A stretch of DNA of 53,257 nt from IMG/VR virus record IMGVR_UViG_3300019887_000002, positions 1 to 53,257 of that record, one strand, 5' to 3'. The position numbers were made by a program, and so were the translations under genes. Below the pieces are notes generated by a model. That model had not been told where the DNA came from and did no database searches. It saw nothing but the letters and a program-made list of their open reading frames with translations. Of this stretch, positions 53,040-53,257 are shown piece by piece; the first letter of the stretch is position 1; each line of letters begins with the position of its first letter. This DNA is from a virus. Lineage: Duplodnaviria > Caudoviricetes.

Positions 53040-53257
53040 AATGTACCTCCCAGGTAATATAGTTCCTAATTGTAAGGCTCCAAATTACTTCGTTCCAAAC
53101 TAGTTTTACTTGTGAGATAGACATTATGACTATTACGACTATACATACATACTATTAGACAATCATGTAGTAGTAATGACATACATCAATCAAACATTGT
53201 AGTTGTCTCTCATACATGTATGATGTATGATGTTGTTAGTAAGAAAGAGTAATAAAG
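53040..53257. other. AT-rich non-coding region with short TACAT/ATGTA repeats
   Basis: Sharp composition change; ATACAT, TATGAT, GACTA repeats. Confidence 0.55.

Noticed and set aside
1-53257. tRNA genes, integrase/repressor, reverse transcriptase, inteins
   Set aside because: No cloverleaf or diagnostic motif seen by eye; tRNAscan-SE and HMM searches would be needed to exclude them formally

Overview
This window is most of a tailed dsDNA phage genome (siphovirus-type, non-contractile tail). The host is probably an actinobacterium, based on an Rpf-type transglycosylase, a CHAP endolysin, an actinophage-style holin and leaderless promoters. No integrase or repressor is visible. There are two convergent arms. 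The + strand arm (1-30752) holds many small early genes, an SNF2 helicase, a DJ-1/PfpI protein, an exonuclease/Sak4/SSB recombination module, a RepB-type primase-helicase, a 7-deazaguanine DNA-modification pathway (queC, queD, queE, folE and a DpdA-like transglycosylase), a UDG-PolA fusion polymerase and a RuvC-like resolvase. The - strand arm (52893-30749) holds TerS, a membrane/holin cassette, TerL, portal, a 20-aa-repeat fibre, protease, capsid, tail genes with a -1 frameshifted chaperone, tape measure and minor tail proteins. Five features stand out. (1) A second terminase-large-subunit homologue has intact ATPase motifs, an apparently dead nuclease site and a C-terminal membrane anchor. 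(2) A nuclease-free, almost acid-free protein is built of 10 NUMOD3-like repeats plus an AT-hook. (3) A promoter family TTGnnn-N18-TATAAT has its -35 box in the loop of a covarying inverted repeat. (4) Several intergenic structured-RNA candidates are present. (5) The DpdA-like gene is co-transcribed with a putative nucleotide hydrolase and the polymerase. All calls come from motif recognition by eye; no searches were run.
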